A stretch of DNA of 64,000 nucleotides. Source: Azolla caroliniana. Its lineage: Eukaryota; Plantae; Polypodiophyta. A model generated the notes under the pieces. The model made no database searches, was not told the origin of the DNA, and saw only the letters and a list, made by a program, of their open reading frames with translations. Position 1 is the stretch's first letter; every line of letters begins with the position of its first letter. Where the stretch lies: positions 3,038,001 to 3,102,000 of the forward strand of contig JBHGNT010000020.1 in NCBI GenBank assembly GCA_043228905.1, read 5' to 3'. The position numbers were made by a program, and so were the translations under genes. Of the stretch, positions 1 through 11,948 are shown one piece after another.

Positions 1-2600
1 CTTATATTTGAACTCTCCTCCATTATTGGTCCGAAGACATTTGAGTTTTTGGCCGGACTGATTTTCGACCATAGCGAGCCAATCAGAGAAAATCAAGAAC
101 ACTCAATCTTTGGTCTTTATCGGATACACCCACACCTTCCGAGTCGAGTTGTCAATAAAGTTGACAAAATACAAGGCACCTCCGAGAGACAGATGTAGCA
201 TAGGGCCACAGATGTCCAAGTGGACCAAATTGAGTGGACTTGATTCTCTTAGTGCTGATGTCGGGCGTGATGCGGCTATCTGTTTGTCGTACTGACAAAT
301 GCTCGCAAAACTGATGATCAGAGAAGGAGAGTTTAAGGATGTATCCAGCTCTGGATAAATGCATGATGCCAGCCTTGCTGTGGTGTCTGAGTCGTCTGTG
401 CCATAATGATGACACGGGAATGTCAACCATGAATAGGCCACTCTCTCTGAGTGTGGCGTATAACGGGTACAACGAATGTACTTTCGGTCCTCGAGCAAGT
501 AGGAGGTTCCCCATGTGGAGTGTCCACCCTCCTGATGAGAGGCTGACATGGATGCCATCTTCGTCCAGTTGTCCAACCGAGATCAAAGGTCTTGGGAGCT
601 CAGGTACGTATCAGACATTGTGTAGTACCAATGTAGAGCCACCTAGAAGGTTGAGCTCTACAGTGCCGATTCCGATTATCGCACAGTGTTGCGAATTTCC
701 GACTCGGACTGAGTCGGAATATTGGGCCGAGTATTGCCGAAATTGGGATCGATGAGGAATCACGTGATATGAAGCACCCGAGTCCAAGAACCAAGTGCTT
801 GACTCTTTAGTCGTAAGCTGAACTTTTGATTCGACTGATTTTTTGATGAACAAGATGTTCGGGTCGTTTGACAGTATTTCGGCCGAAGAGTCGACGTAAT
901 TGACGTCCTCATGCCAACCATTCTTCTTATCAGCTCACTGAGCCTTATCGTTTTTGGCTTTGAGTGTGTGGCAATCGGTTTTGATGTGTCAGGGTTTCTT
1001 GGAATAATTGCAGACTCGATTATCCTGGGACATGCTCCGAGTTCGTTGGTTGTTCGGTTGTTGTGAAGAACCTCTTCCTCGACTGTGAAGAACCTTGTAC
1101 TACGTAAGAGTCGTTGGCGGAATCGTTCACAAAAGATTTTCTTTGAGTTGCTTCAGTTAGAATTGCACTTGTGACTAGGAGTACTTAACGGCAACAATTG
1201 ATGCATTGCACACAATTGTAACGAAAGTTTCCCACGAAGGGGGGAGACTACTCATAAGCAGCATTGCTCTTAGTTCATACTCAATAGTCTTCCCTTGAGC
1301 CGTAATTTGGGAACTTAAGCTTTCGTACTTGTTGAGGTGTGCCTAGACCGAATCAAATTCTTTCATCTGAAGGTTATAAAGGTACCGAATCAGATATATC
1401 TTCGTAGCGGCTACCTTCTTTTCGTAGGTGTCTGAGAGTGTCTTCCATAGTTGGAAGGTGATGATGAGAGAAAGAAAAAAGATAGAGAAGAGAAGAGGAA
1501 GAGAAAAGAATACTTCAATATACTATTAGGAAAACAATACAATCCTCTTAGACTCCAAAAGTAACAACCCCAAATAACTACTTCAATATACTATTAGCCA
1601 AAATAGTCTTTCCTTCTTCTCTCTTTCTTCAACTAATCTTCTTCTCACTTCTTCTAATCTTCGTATTCTTCCTCACTTCCTCTTGTAGATATTCTCTTCT
1701 TACTCCCTCCTTCTCTTTTAGATCTTCTATTCTTCCTTCCTCCTCCCAATTGCTAAGAATACCTTCATATTTATAGGTTTTTGGTTGCGTTATTCTTGCT
1801 TTTTTCTTTTCTTTTCTTTTACATATCCTCGAGTTTGTGTGGTGTGTTTTTCATATCATTATTTTTCTTTTTTCATCCAAATTTGTCACACAAGAAAGCT
1901 CTCTTTGTCAGCTTTCTTAAGAATCTTTTCTTTTCAAATTTGGACAAGAGATGAAGAAGTTATGAGCTTTTTTCACTACCTTGCTTTTTCTGCTTAATTT
2001 CCTACGTTTTTCTTCCTTTTCTTTTTTCTTGCATTTTCTACTTTTGAAAAACGCCTCTAACTTTATATCTCTTCAATTTCATTCATCTTTTAACTCTTGG
2101 ACCTTTCATATTGTGCTTTATTCTTCTATACCTTCGCATCCAATGTATTTTTCATGGTCTTTTCCTACGAGCAAAAATCGACTTCACAAAAGGCAATCGA
2201 ACACGATTGCACCATGAAGTACACGGACTCTGATAGGTGCATCCGAATGTGGCTCGGACGATTCTGTCAAGGTTCTCCCATTCAAGCGGCTTGTATCCTT
2301 CTAGAGCATTTTCGTTTTCGTTGGGGTCGATTTGCCCCTTGAGTATTAGGTAATCTTGCATCTGCTCCTTCCAGAAGTTGAAGTTCGATGCATCGAACTT
2401 CCTCAAACTCATCTCTGACAAGCCAGATATTGATGCCATCTTTGTCAGCTTGATAGAATTTTGTCTGGAGTCGACCACGAAGAGTGGTGGAGTGTGGCCG
2501 ATTGGCTCAGTCGATGTCATTCTAGCCGAAATTGGACACAAGTCGAATCGGTTTCGACTATTTGGCGAATCCTGTCCAGAACACCAGGACATTTGAAACA
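1..2600 (-). mobile_element. Degenerate Ty1/Copia internal fragment (gag, protease, GAG-pre-integrase, integrase start); runs off the left edge, no 5' LTR or PBS seen
   Basis: Minus-strand peptides: KFDASNFNFWKEQMQDYL (gag N-term, 2152-2592), WFLDSGASYH (protease, 611-853), LWHRRL.H.S, LVHLDICGP and YFVNFIDNSTRKVWVY (integrase). Many stops and frameshifts. Confidence 0.9.
1459..2188 (-). mobile_element. Solo LTR inserted in the gag of the Copia fragment
   Basis: TG...CA ends; 5-bp TSD GAAGG (1454-1458) / AAAGG (2189-2193). Removing it restores the gag frame S-I-A-F-Q-L-W. Minus-strand TATA-like CCTATAAATA near 1770. Confidence 0.75.
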
Positions 2601-2689
2601 GGTAATATGTCGTGTTCTCTTTTTTACTTCTGGGGAGATGTTAAAAAATGGCTCATTTTAGCACAATTTTTTTAATAAATCAATAAAAA

Positions 2690-4150
2690 TATTTTTAAAA
2701 AATGGATTTCAATTGAAAATCCAATTTTCTTTTAGTTTTTTCATAAAACAATGAAATAATAATAATAAACTTGGACTTTCAACGGAAATCCAATGTAGTG
2801 GATTGGATTTCCATTGAAAATACATCATTTTAAATGGCCAAGATCACCAAAATTATATAAGAAAAAAAAAATCATGAATTTCCAACAAGAATCTGATGCA
2901 GTGCATCAAATTCTAGTTGGAAATCCAAGATTCTTTTTTTTTAACATTTTTTTATGGAAAAACAAACAAATAAGGAATAGTGAATTTTCAACTGAATTCC
3001 AATGCATTGCATCTAATTTCCATTGAAAATCCATTTATTTAATTTTTATTTATTTATTTATGGGAAAAATAAAAAATTTCAAAAAATAAGAAACTTTAAA
3101 AAAAATAAGAAAAAGTGGATTTTCAACTGAAATCCAATGCACTACATTGGATTTCCATTGAAAATTCATTTTTTCAATTTTTATTTATTTATTTATGGAA
3201 AAAAAAAAGGAAACACATAAGAAAAAGTGAACTTTCAACTAAGAAGCCAATGCATTGCATTGGATTTCCTTTGAAAATCCATGTTTTCAATTTTTATTTA
3301 TTTATTTATGGGAAAAATAAAACAATTCAAATAAATCTCAAATAAATGGATTTTCAATTGAAATCTGATGCACTACATCAGATTCTAGCTCGATAGACTT
3401 AAATCCAATGTAGCACATCAGATTTCAGTTGAAAATCCATTTTTTCAGATTTTTAAAATTTATTTGTGGAAAAAATGAAAACAATTCACAGTAATTCAAA
3501 AAAATGGATTTTCAATGGATATCCACTGCACTACATCGGATTCTTGCTGTATAGACTAAAATCTGATGCAGTGCATTGGATTTAAGCTGAAAATCTATTT
3601 TTTTATAATTTTTTTTATTTTTGATGCGAAAAAAATATAAAAAAATTAAAACAATTTTTAAAAATAGATTTTCAACTGAGATCCAATGCATTGCATTGGA
3701 TTCTAGCATTATAGACTAAAATTAGCTGCAATACATTGAATTTCAATAGATAATACATTTTTTTAATTTTTTAATTTTTAATCTTGTTATGGAAAAAATA
3801 AAAAAATTGCGTATTTTCAACTAAAATACGATGCAGTGCATCAAACTCTAGATGTATAAAGTAAAATACAATATAATGTATCGGATTTGAGTTGAAAATC
3901 CAAGGTTTTTTTCATTTTTCTCATTTTTTAAAGATATTTTAAAAGTGGATTTTAAACTGAAATCCAATGCATATCATAATTTAGTCTAAATAGCTAGAAT
4001 TCGATGCAATGAATTATGTCTCAGTTGAAAATGCAAGAGTATTTTTTTAACGGAAAATGTTTAAAAAATTCCAAGACTTACAACAAGAATCGGCTGCACT
4101 ACATCAAATTCTAGACGTATTGAGTAAAATTCGACATAGTGCATCAGATC
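2690..4150. repeat. AT-rich array of ~55-60 bp palindromic units separated by A/T tracts
   Basis: Roughly a dozen degenerate copies of TGGATTTTCAACTGAAATCCAATGCA-N-CATTGGATTTCCATTGAAAATCCA (e.g. 3117-3169), with spacing often ~110-120 bp. Confidence 0.75.
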
Positions 4151-4630
4151 TAGATGGAATGAATCGGATTTCTGTTTGACATCAAAGGCTTACTATGAGA
4201 ATCTAATGGATCAAGCACATCTACTCTTACATTGGATAATGTTTATATACTAGTGTATGACTTATCTTTGACCAAAACAAGTTATCTGCGATAGACCACA
4301 ATGAAGATACTAAACGAGGATCTCGAATGTGGCTCTAGACACAACAGAAAGATAAATGAGAAGCATGACTCATAACCTCGATGAGGTTGGATTGCAATTG
4401 GATGAAGACAATGCATTAGTTGCCATTGAGGATGACGATGAGACCTCATAAACTCCTACTAGTTCATCTAATGGGTATGAAGATGATCCCATAAACTTCG
4501 AAAACGATTGTCCTGATATGCTAACTGTAAATATTGTATTATACATCAAGATTTGGATTCATGAATTTCTATAAATATTGTACACAGTTTTACGTGGAAA
4601 CCTTAAACTGGGAAAACCACAAGAACAGAG

Positions 4631-5538
4631 TGTTGGGAATATGTCCCTCCAGTGGGAGGAGCCGACGGCTTTGACTGAGTGCCGATGGTTGAAGAGTCGA
4701 CTATGAGAGTCGACAGAAAGGAGATCCAGGTCGAAGACACGACCGACTAGTGACAGTTGATACTAGCCCAATTGGGATCGGTTGACTTCTTGAGTCTTTA
4801 GAAAATTTCTTATTTCTAACCATTGACCTTCATACTCTGTGTCTTTGAACATTCTGCTTACATTAAACTCATCATGAGGCTTAATAGATAATTGATGAAC
4901 AACTTGATGGCTTGTAGTTGCCCAATTCTTATCTTCTGCTTGCATCACCCTATTATTTATGAACCTTGCTCTTGACATCATATCTGCGATTGGGTTCTCT
5001 TTGCCCTTTAGATCTTGTAATTCTGGGTTCATGGTTCTGATGTATGCAATCCACTGAAGCATTGAAATATCTGGTGCGGTGCAACTTGCTATCATTCCGA
5101 TGAGTGGCAGGCAATCTGTTTCAACCACTACATCTGCTCCAATCAAGTAATCTCTATCTATTTTTAATGCAGTAAGCAAACCCCACAATTCTCGTTTAAC
5201 TTGTGCATAATTTCTTTGTCTTTCATTTAATATCTTTGCACCAAATCTGATATCATATCGATGTTGGTCTTCATCTTCTTGGTTGATAACCCTACTGATC
5301 CCAGTTGGGCTAGTATCAATTGGATAAGTCAGACCAACTGGACAGTCGACACTAGAGTCGGCTGATGGCTACTTATTATTATAAGTAATAATAGTATAGT
5401 AGTGATGTGTAGTAGGGGCTACATTTGTAAATAGCCAATATTGTGTATTAGTATTAATACACCTAGGGCAAACAATGTATGTGTGAGGAGAAGAGAAGAA
5501 TAGAATACAGTGAGTGATGTCTAGCACAAAGGGAGAGA

Positions 5539-5578
<40 letters not shown>

Positions 5579-5824
5579 CGACACAATAGTTGTGTTCATA
5601 ACAATAGACGCCAAGAGCCCTATAAGGCTGATACACTCCACAAGGAGAGTGTTGTAATCTTCTCCATTGTATATCCACTGTATAGTGAAGTCTTGTTCTC
5701 CGTGGTCTTCTCCCGTTTTAGGGTTTCCACGTTAAACCTGTGTACACTGTTTTCTATGTTTTTGAGTTGTGTATTTCAACGTATTCTTTTCTTTCTTGAG
5801 AAATAACGATTAGTTTCTCTAATA
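4631..5824 (+). mobile_element. Solo LTR (Copia family with GGGTTTCCACGT motif) inserted antisense into a related LTR
   Basis: Starts TGTTGGGAAT, ends CTCTAATA (decayed ...AACA); TSD CAGAG at 4626-4630 / 5825-5829; (GA)n tract 5543-5572. Confidence 0.75.
4754..5322 (-). pseudogene. Ty3/Gypsy RNase H-like pol fragment bounded by 26-bp inverted repeats
   Basis: Minus strand reads DTSPTGI..VINQED..RFGAKILNERQRNYAQVKRELWGL..VVETDCLPL..KGKENPIADMMSR, typical of the Gypsy RT-RNase H region. IRs at 4754-4779 / 5297-5322. Confidence 0.8.
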
Positions 5825-5930
5825 CAGAGCCACTATACAACAGAGAATATAGAAAACAGTTACAACACTTCTCTGAAACTCAGAGGATAACCACTTGGGT
5901 TCTTAGCAGGTTCACTGAGCTATGTCGTCC

Positions 5931-5966
<36 letters not shown>

Positions 5967-6658
5967 ACGTAACACTTCGTTATGTTCAGCTCAATCTATT
6001 CTTCACTATGCTACACATCGAAAACTTTTGCCCTAAGTGTATTTATACTTATACACCTTATGGACTATTTACAAATGTAATCCCTACTACTCTCACTTTT
6101 GTTATTATACTAATAATAATAGCAGATAATCAACCGGTTGATCGACTACTTGATTCGACTAGCTGACACCTGTGTCGACTGTCCAGTCGGCCCGACTAGT
6201 TGGTCTTGTCTTCGACTTGTGTAAAGGAATACATGTGGAAGCTTTGACAAAACCAGTTACACCGTATAACAACAAAGAGTAAACACATGTTTAATGGAAT
6301 CTTAGAATACACATTTCACGAGAGAGGCAGAGAGAGCAGAACAATAGAAACTTAATTCAAAATAATAACACTTTGTAACACTCTGTACATACAAATGTCT
6401 TACAGAACACTTTTTATACAAGTCCTTAAAAGGATTGACAAAAGTAATGACAAGTCCTCTAACGGCCTACCGGTTCCAATCCAATCCGGCTCTTGGTTTT
6501 GGATACCGATTTGGACACCGATCTAGTTCTGCATTCTGGATACCGATCCAGATCTGGTTGAGCTTGTCCGCTCAACACTCCCCCTCAAGCTCAACTTGAG
6601 GTCGAATCAGGGTGTCAATGTTTGTGGTAGTCGGTCCTCTCCTCCGGCTCCCCCTGGT

Positions 6659-7114
6659 TTTCATAGACACACCAACCGCGGTCTCAGATGGAGCACGGAT
6701 GATGGGGCTACGAGCGACGGGCTATGAACTTAGAGCTAGAAGTGATGAGGCTAGAAACTCGGGAATGACAAAAGAGAATGAAGACAGAGATAAAGATCAA
6801 GACTAGATTGATGTGTCAATGACTGGTGTTGAATCCCTTCAAAGGGACCAAGGAGCTTACAAGGATTTATACATGTTCCGAGATTGAATATCTCTAGAAT
6901 ATACTCGTCTAGAATATGCCATACAATATTTCTAGAATATACTAATGACTAGAATATTCTGATTCTGAAATATATTACATGCTAGACTATAGAATACTAA
7001 ACTAGTATACAAATGCATACTCATATCAAAATGGTTGAGCATGACATCTTGTAGATGTGAGGTTGCAAGTTCAATCCTCACTAACTACGTATTTGACGTC
7101 ATTGTGTCATGACA
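6659..7114. mobile_element. Solo LTR in the 3' region of element A
   Basis: Ends T(T/G)TCATAGACACA ... TGTGTCATGACA; TSD CTGGT / CTGGC (6654-6658 / 7115-7119); internal TCTAGAATAT repeats. Confidence 0.7.
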
Positions 7115-10100
7115 CTGGCGTCCTCCCGCCTTTCTCACGCTCCTTGTCCGGTCCGGTCCCGTGCACCTCGACCTTCTCGGTCGGCTTCTCTAATCACAAG
7201 GCCCATCTCAGCTCCTTTGATGTTGTGACTTTAGCACTTCTCGACCTGTCGGTTCCTCCGTGTCAGTGTCGATTTCATATGCCTCCTTGTCCGTTGGCCT
7301 TCATTTGATCCGGCTCCTCCGAATCAAGCACCGCTTCCAAATCGAGTGACTTCGATTCGTTCCAGATCTTGTCTGAATTGGTTGTCTCTAATTCGTCCTC
7401 AATCTCCAGACCCTTCACGACATCGGACCATGTCTGTGTCTTGGTCTACCCGGCTTTGAATCCCCTTTTTTCGGTTCTCTTCGGCTCGAGCTCTCCGTTC
7501 CGGTGGCTCCCCATGCATCCGGTCTCGGCTTCCTTAGTCGTCTCGTGCACTCTGACTTCTTCAGTCGGGCCGAAATTGAAATCGGTTTCTTACTTGGCTC
7601 GGTCGTCTTTCTCATTCCTCCTTTCATTCCTCCCCCTCAAGTTCGGCATTTCGAGGTATTGCACACCCAGTGCACCGGAAAATTGTTGCAGCTTTTCTAA
7701 GCTAAGGGGTTTGGTGACGATCCATTGGAACATGCAGTAGTTCCACTTCATCGGAGAGAACGTGCTCGCGGACAAAATGGTAGTGCACCTCGATGTGCTT
7801 TGTCTAAGCTTGAAAGACGGGGTTCTTCGCCAATTGGATGTTGCTGAGGTTGTCGCAATAGATCGTCGTCAGATCATACACCTCCACTTGCAGATCCTTC
7901 AGGAGCCTCTTGAGCCATATGGCTTCGCACGTTACGCCAGCCGCTCCTCGGTACTCGGCCTCTATGCTCGACGGTGCTACTATCGGCTGCTTCTTACTGC
8001 TCCGGGCGACTACGATGCTTCCTAGTGAAAATGCATATTCAGATGTAGACCTGCGGTCGCCAGCATTTTCGGCCCAATTGACATCCGTGTAGCCGACAAG
8101 CTATCCGCCTACACTGGTCCGATACACCAACAACCCTATCCTTAGTGTCGTTGACATACCTCAATATTCGGTGCACGCACTGAAGGTGCTCCACAGCCGG
8201 ATGCGCCATAAATTGACTGATCAATCTAACTGAATAACTGAGGTCCGGCCGGGTGATAGTCAGATATATAAGGCTTCCGACTATTTGTCGGAACCTTTTC
8301 GGGTTGCATACTGTTCCGGAGTCGAGGCGAAGCTTCACATTCCGGTCCAAAGGAGTTGAGACGGATTTGCATTCCGTCATACCGAATTTCAAGAGCATAC
8401 TCAACACATAGTGGCGTTTACTGATTAGTATGCCTTCTAGGGTGCAGATCACTTCAATCCCAAGGAAGTAATGAAGGTCCCCAAGATCCTTCATGTCAAA
8501 TGATGTCGTGAGGTCGGACTTGACGATGTCGAATTTGTCCCAGTCGGCGCCGGCAATGACTAAATCATCAACATAAAGCAAAATGCTTACCGTCCCGTTT
8601 CAACCTTGGCGGATGAAGAGTGAAGAGTTCGATTTCGACGGAGCAAACCCCATCCGACGCAGTCTTTGTGTGATCTTCGTGTTCCAGGCGTGCAGGGCTT
8701 GCTTGAGTCCGTAGAGGGCCTTCTTCAAATGGCACACAGCCGATGTATTCAATCCAAGCTGAAATTCGGGGGGTTGAACCATATACACCTATTCTGCAAG
8801 ATCACCTTGTAGGAACATGTTCTTTACATCCATTTGATGTAGATGCCACCCTTTTGTCCTTGCCACCGCAAGCAAGACACGGACGTTCGTCATCTTCGTG
8901 ACCGGCACGAACATCTGATCATAATCAATGTCGTGTTGTTGCGCATAGCCCTTGGCCACTAACCAGGCCTTGTACCAGTTGACATAGCCGTCAGTGTTGT
9001 ATTTGACCTTGTATATCCATCAGCAACTGATTGTTACCGTACAAGATGTATGGGTGATTGATAAGTGTGATAAGTAAGGGTGAAAGATGTAATGCATTGA
9101 TATGTATGTGTAATGTTATACGATTATATTGTGAATGTAAGTGTGTGTGGTGGATACAAAGAGGTGTGAGTGAGTGACTAGGTGTGAATGCCCAAGGGGC
9201 TTGCAACCTTGTGTATCTACCCTTTTGTAACCATTTAACCCCTTATGGGGTATGAATGAAGAGAATGATCATTTCTCTCTCTCTCTCTCTCCCCCTTAAC
9301 GTTGAACCCCCTTGGGAGGGGGGTGGAGCCATTCTAGGCACCAGCCCCCACCCCTCAATGCTTGTCTTATTCTTCATGTTCTCCCTCACCATCATACCAT
9401 TCATCATTTCCACTATTACACCATGTCTATCTTCATTATCAATCATCATTATCATTATTAGTAACCCTAAAATCTTACAACACTATTTTGGCGACCACTA
9501 AGGTGACCCCCCTTTGAAGACGAAGTCGAAGACTACTACGCAACAAAGACATGGCAACGACAAAATGTGCAAGAAATCAAATGGACGATGTGCAGGAAAT
9601 GGTGATGTTGATTGGAAGCCATCGAGGTCGAGGAATGCAACACGGTGATGTTGTGCGAGAGGATGTTGCAAAAGGATACGCAACAGACGTATATTCAAGC
9701 GTGTTTCTGAAAGCGGTTAGCGACAATGTGCGTGGTGCAAGATGCACGGCTGGACAAACAGCAACACAGAGGGAACCAGTGCTAGCACGACCAGAAAGAG
9801 AAGCCCACCGGGAGACTGCGGAGGAAAAAGCAGTGTGTGGAGTGGATGCCAGCAGGATGTGCTGAGAATGCACAAGATATGGTTCCAAAAGAAGAAACGT
9901 GGAGAGAGTCAAAACCGGAATCGGAACCAGAACCCGAGTCAGTTAACACCGAAGGGTCGAAGAAGACGGAGATGGAGATGCAGACGCAGAACATACATCA
10001 ACCAACAACGTCGAAAAGATACGGACAGATGCACTAGACGAAGACGACTGAAAAGACACAAGACACAATAGGATGGGTCAAATGGGCCGAACAGGCGACC

Positions 10101-11948
10101 AGACAGACAGACAGACCGGACACATGACCGGAAGACAACGGATAGACATCCAGACAAGCGGCTGAAATGCACAGAAACAGCCAAAGTGGCCGGACAAGGA
10201 CGGAAGAGATGCCGATGTGGCTGGATTGGAGCAAAAGAGCAATCAACTACATCCAGAATGGCGACACCGATAGAGATGGAAGAGAGGCCGGAAAAGTGCC
10301 ACCCGAAGAGCGACCGAAGAGCCGGCGAAGGGGCTCGAGTGGTCGAACAATATCGGAATCGAGGCAGCCGGACCGGACGGGCCAGACAAATGCACGAGGC
10401 CGGACAAGGCCAAGACAGAGACAGAAAGGGCCGGAGACCTCTGAAAGCCGCGGCCAAACCGTGGCTCGAATAGTGGACGAGACGCAAGACGACCACGACG
10501 GAAGGACAACAGGAAGCGACTTTCGGACAACCGACCGGAATGAATGGGACGAAAAACGACGTTGAAGCGGCGACCGGATGAAGTGGCGGTGCCCGGACGG
10601 GCCAAATAGAGATGGCAATGGCAACGGCCGACAGTGATGGACGGCAACGATAGACAACTGATGATAACAACGTTGGATATGCCACTGAGGGGCAGAGGAA
10701 GAAAAGCAAACGACGTTGTACAAGGAAAGGACGAAGAAGAAGCACACAAAAGAAGAGAAAGAGAAAGAAGCGGCAGAAAAGTAAAAGAAACAAGAAAAAT
10801 AGTGAGAAATATAGAACAAGACACAAGAGGAGAAAGACATGGACAAGCAAAGAAACAAGAAGCTGAAACTAACACAAATAGACAAGATCATACAGATAGG
10901 AAGAGGAAGAAGGGGAAGTGAAGGGAGATAGAAGCCTTCAGAGAAAAAGAAGATGAAGAAAAGAAAGAGAGAAGGGAAGAAGAAACGGAAAAACAGAGGC
11001 AAAAAAAGGAGGAAACAGAAGAAAGTTACACACCAACGAGAAGAAAAAAAAAATGGGGAAAAATGGAGATAAGGGCATTTGTGAAAAAAAAAAATTTAAA
11101 AAATTTGAGGGTATCAAACATAATTTTAAAAAAATATGAGGGTACATGATAGAATTTAAAAAACTAAAGGGCACCTACAAAATTTTGAAAACTCATGAAC
11201 CTAAAAGAAATGGATGCGATCCACACACAACTCACAAAACAAAGGAAGAACACACATACACACAGCATGATTTTAGACCCATGACGAAATTCGTGAACCG
11301 ACAGAACGGGAATGTTCGTGTCGATGAAGATTCACTGACCGAAGAAGATGTTCGAGTCAAGCTCTCCGATCGAGAGAGTCGATCATAGAGAGGACCGATG
11401 GAAGCTCCGGTCGATTAAAGATTGTTGAGATACAAGGTCAACTTTGGCCGGATCGGCTGTGCAAGCCGAGAACCGGATCAATTGGAACCGATCAGTTAGG
11501 CCGGACCAGTGCGTAAACCGGTGCGCAAACCGGTGCACAACAAGAAGCCGTAGCGGTGCGTAAACCGCGAGGCTGTTGGAAAGATATTCCGTGTAGGAAT
11601 ATATTTTGGGAGTTAGTGTAGAGCTCATTTATGAGCATTGAAGTACGTGTCAATACTTCTGTCAGTCCGTATGGACTTGTATAAAAGTGCTCACTGAGCA
11701 CATTCTATGTACAGATTGAGTATTATTTTTGAATTGAGTTTTGTATGCATTCTCTCTCTGTGTGTGTCTCCCGCGTACTGTGTATATTCAAGCTCTCCAT
11801 TAAACCTGCATTTTCTGTGTTCAGTTTTCTATTGCTTCCGCACGCTATTCTTTCTACATGGTATCAGAGTGCAAGGGTTGAGAACCTCTACAGCAAACCT
11901 TAGCTCAAAGAAGAAAACCTAACCTTCATAAACAACAGGAAAAACAAA

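Noticed and set aside
4170-4520. Possible hAT transposase C-terminal remnant (acidic tail)
   Set aside because: No unambiguous motif; it could equally be U3 of the outer LTR.
9939-11002. Long hydrophobic minus-strand ORFs (303, 251, 210 aa) as env-like or membrane proteins
   Set aside because: All three frames are open because the strand is C/T-rich and stop-poor. The Phe/Leu/Ser bias follows from composition; no motif supports coding.
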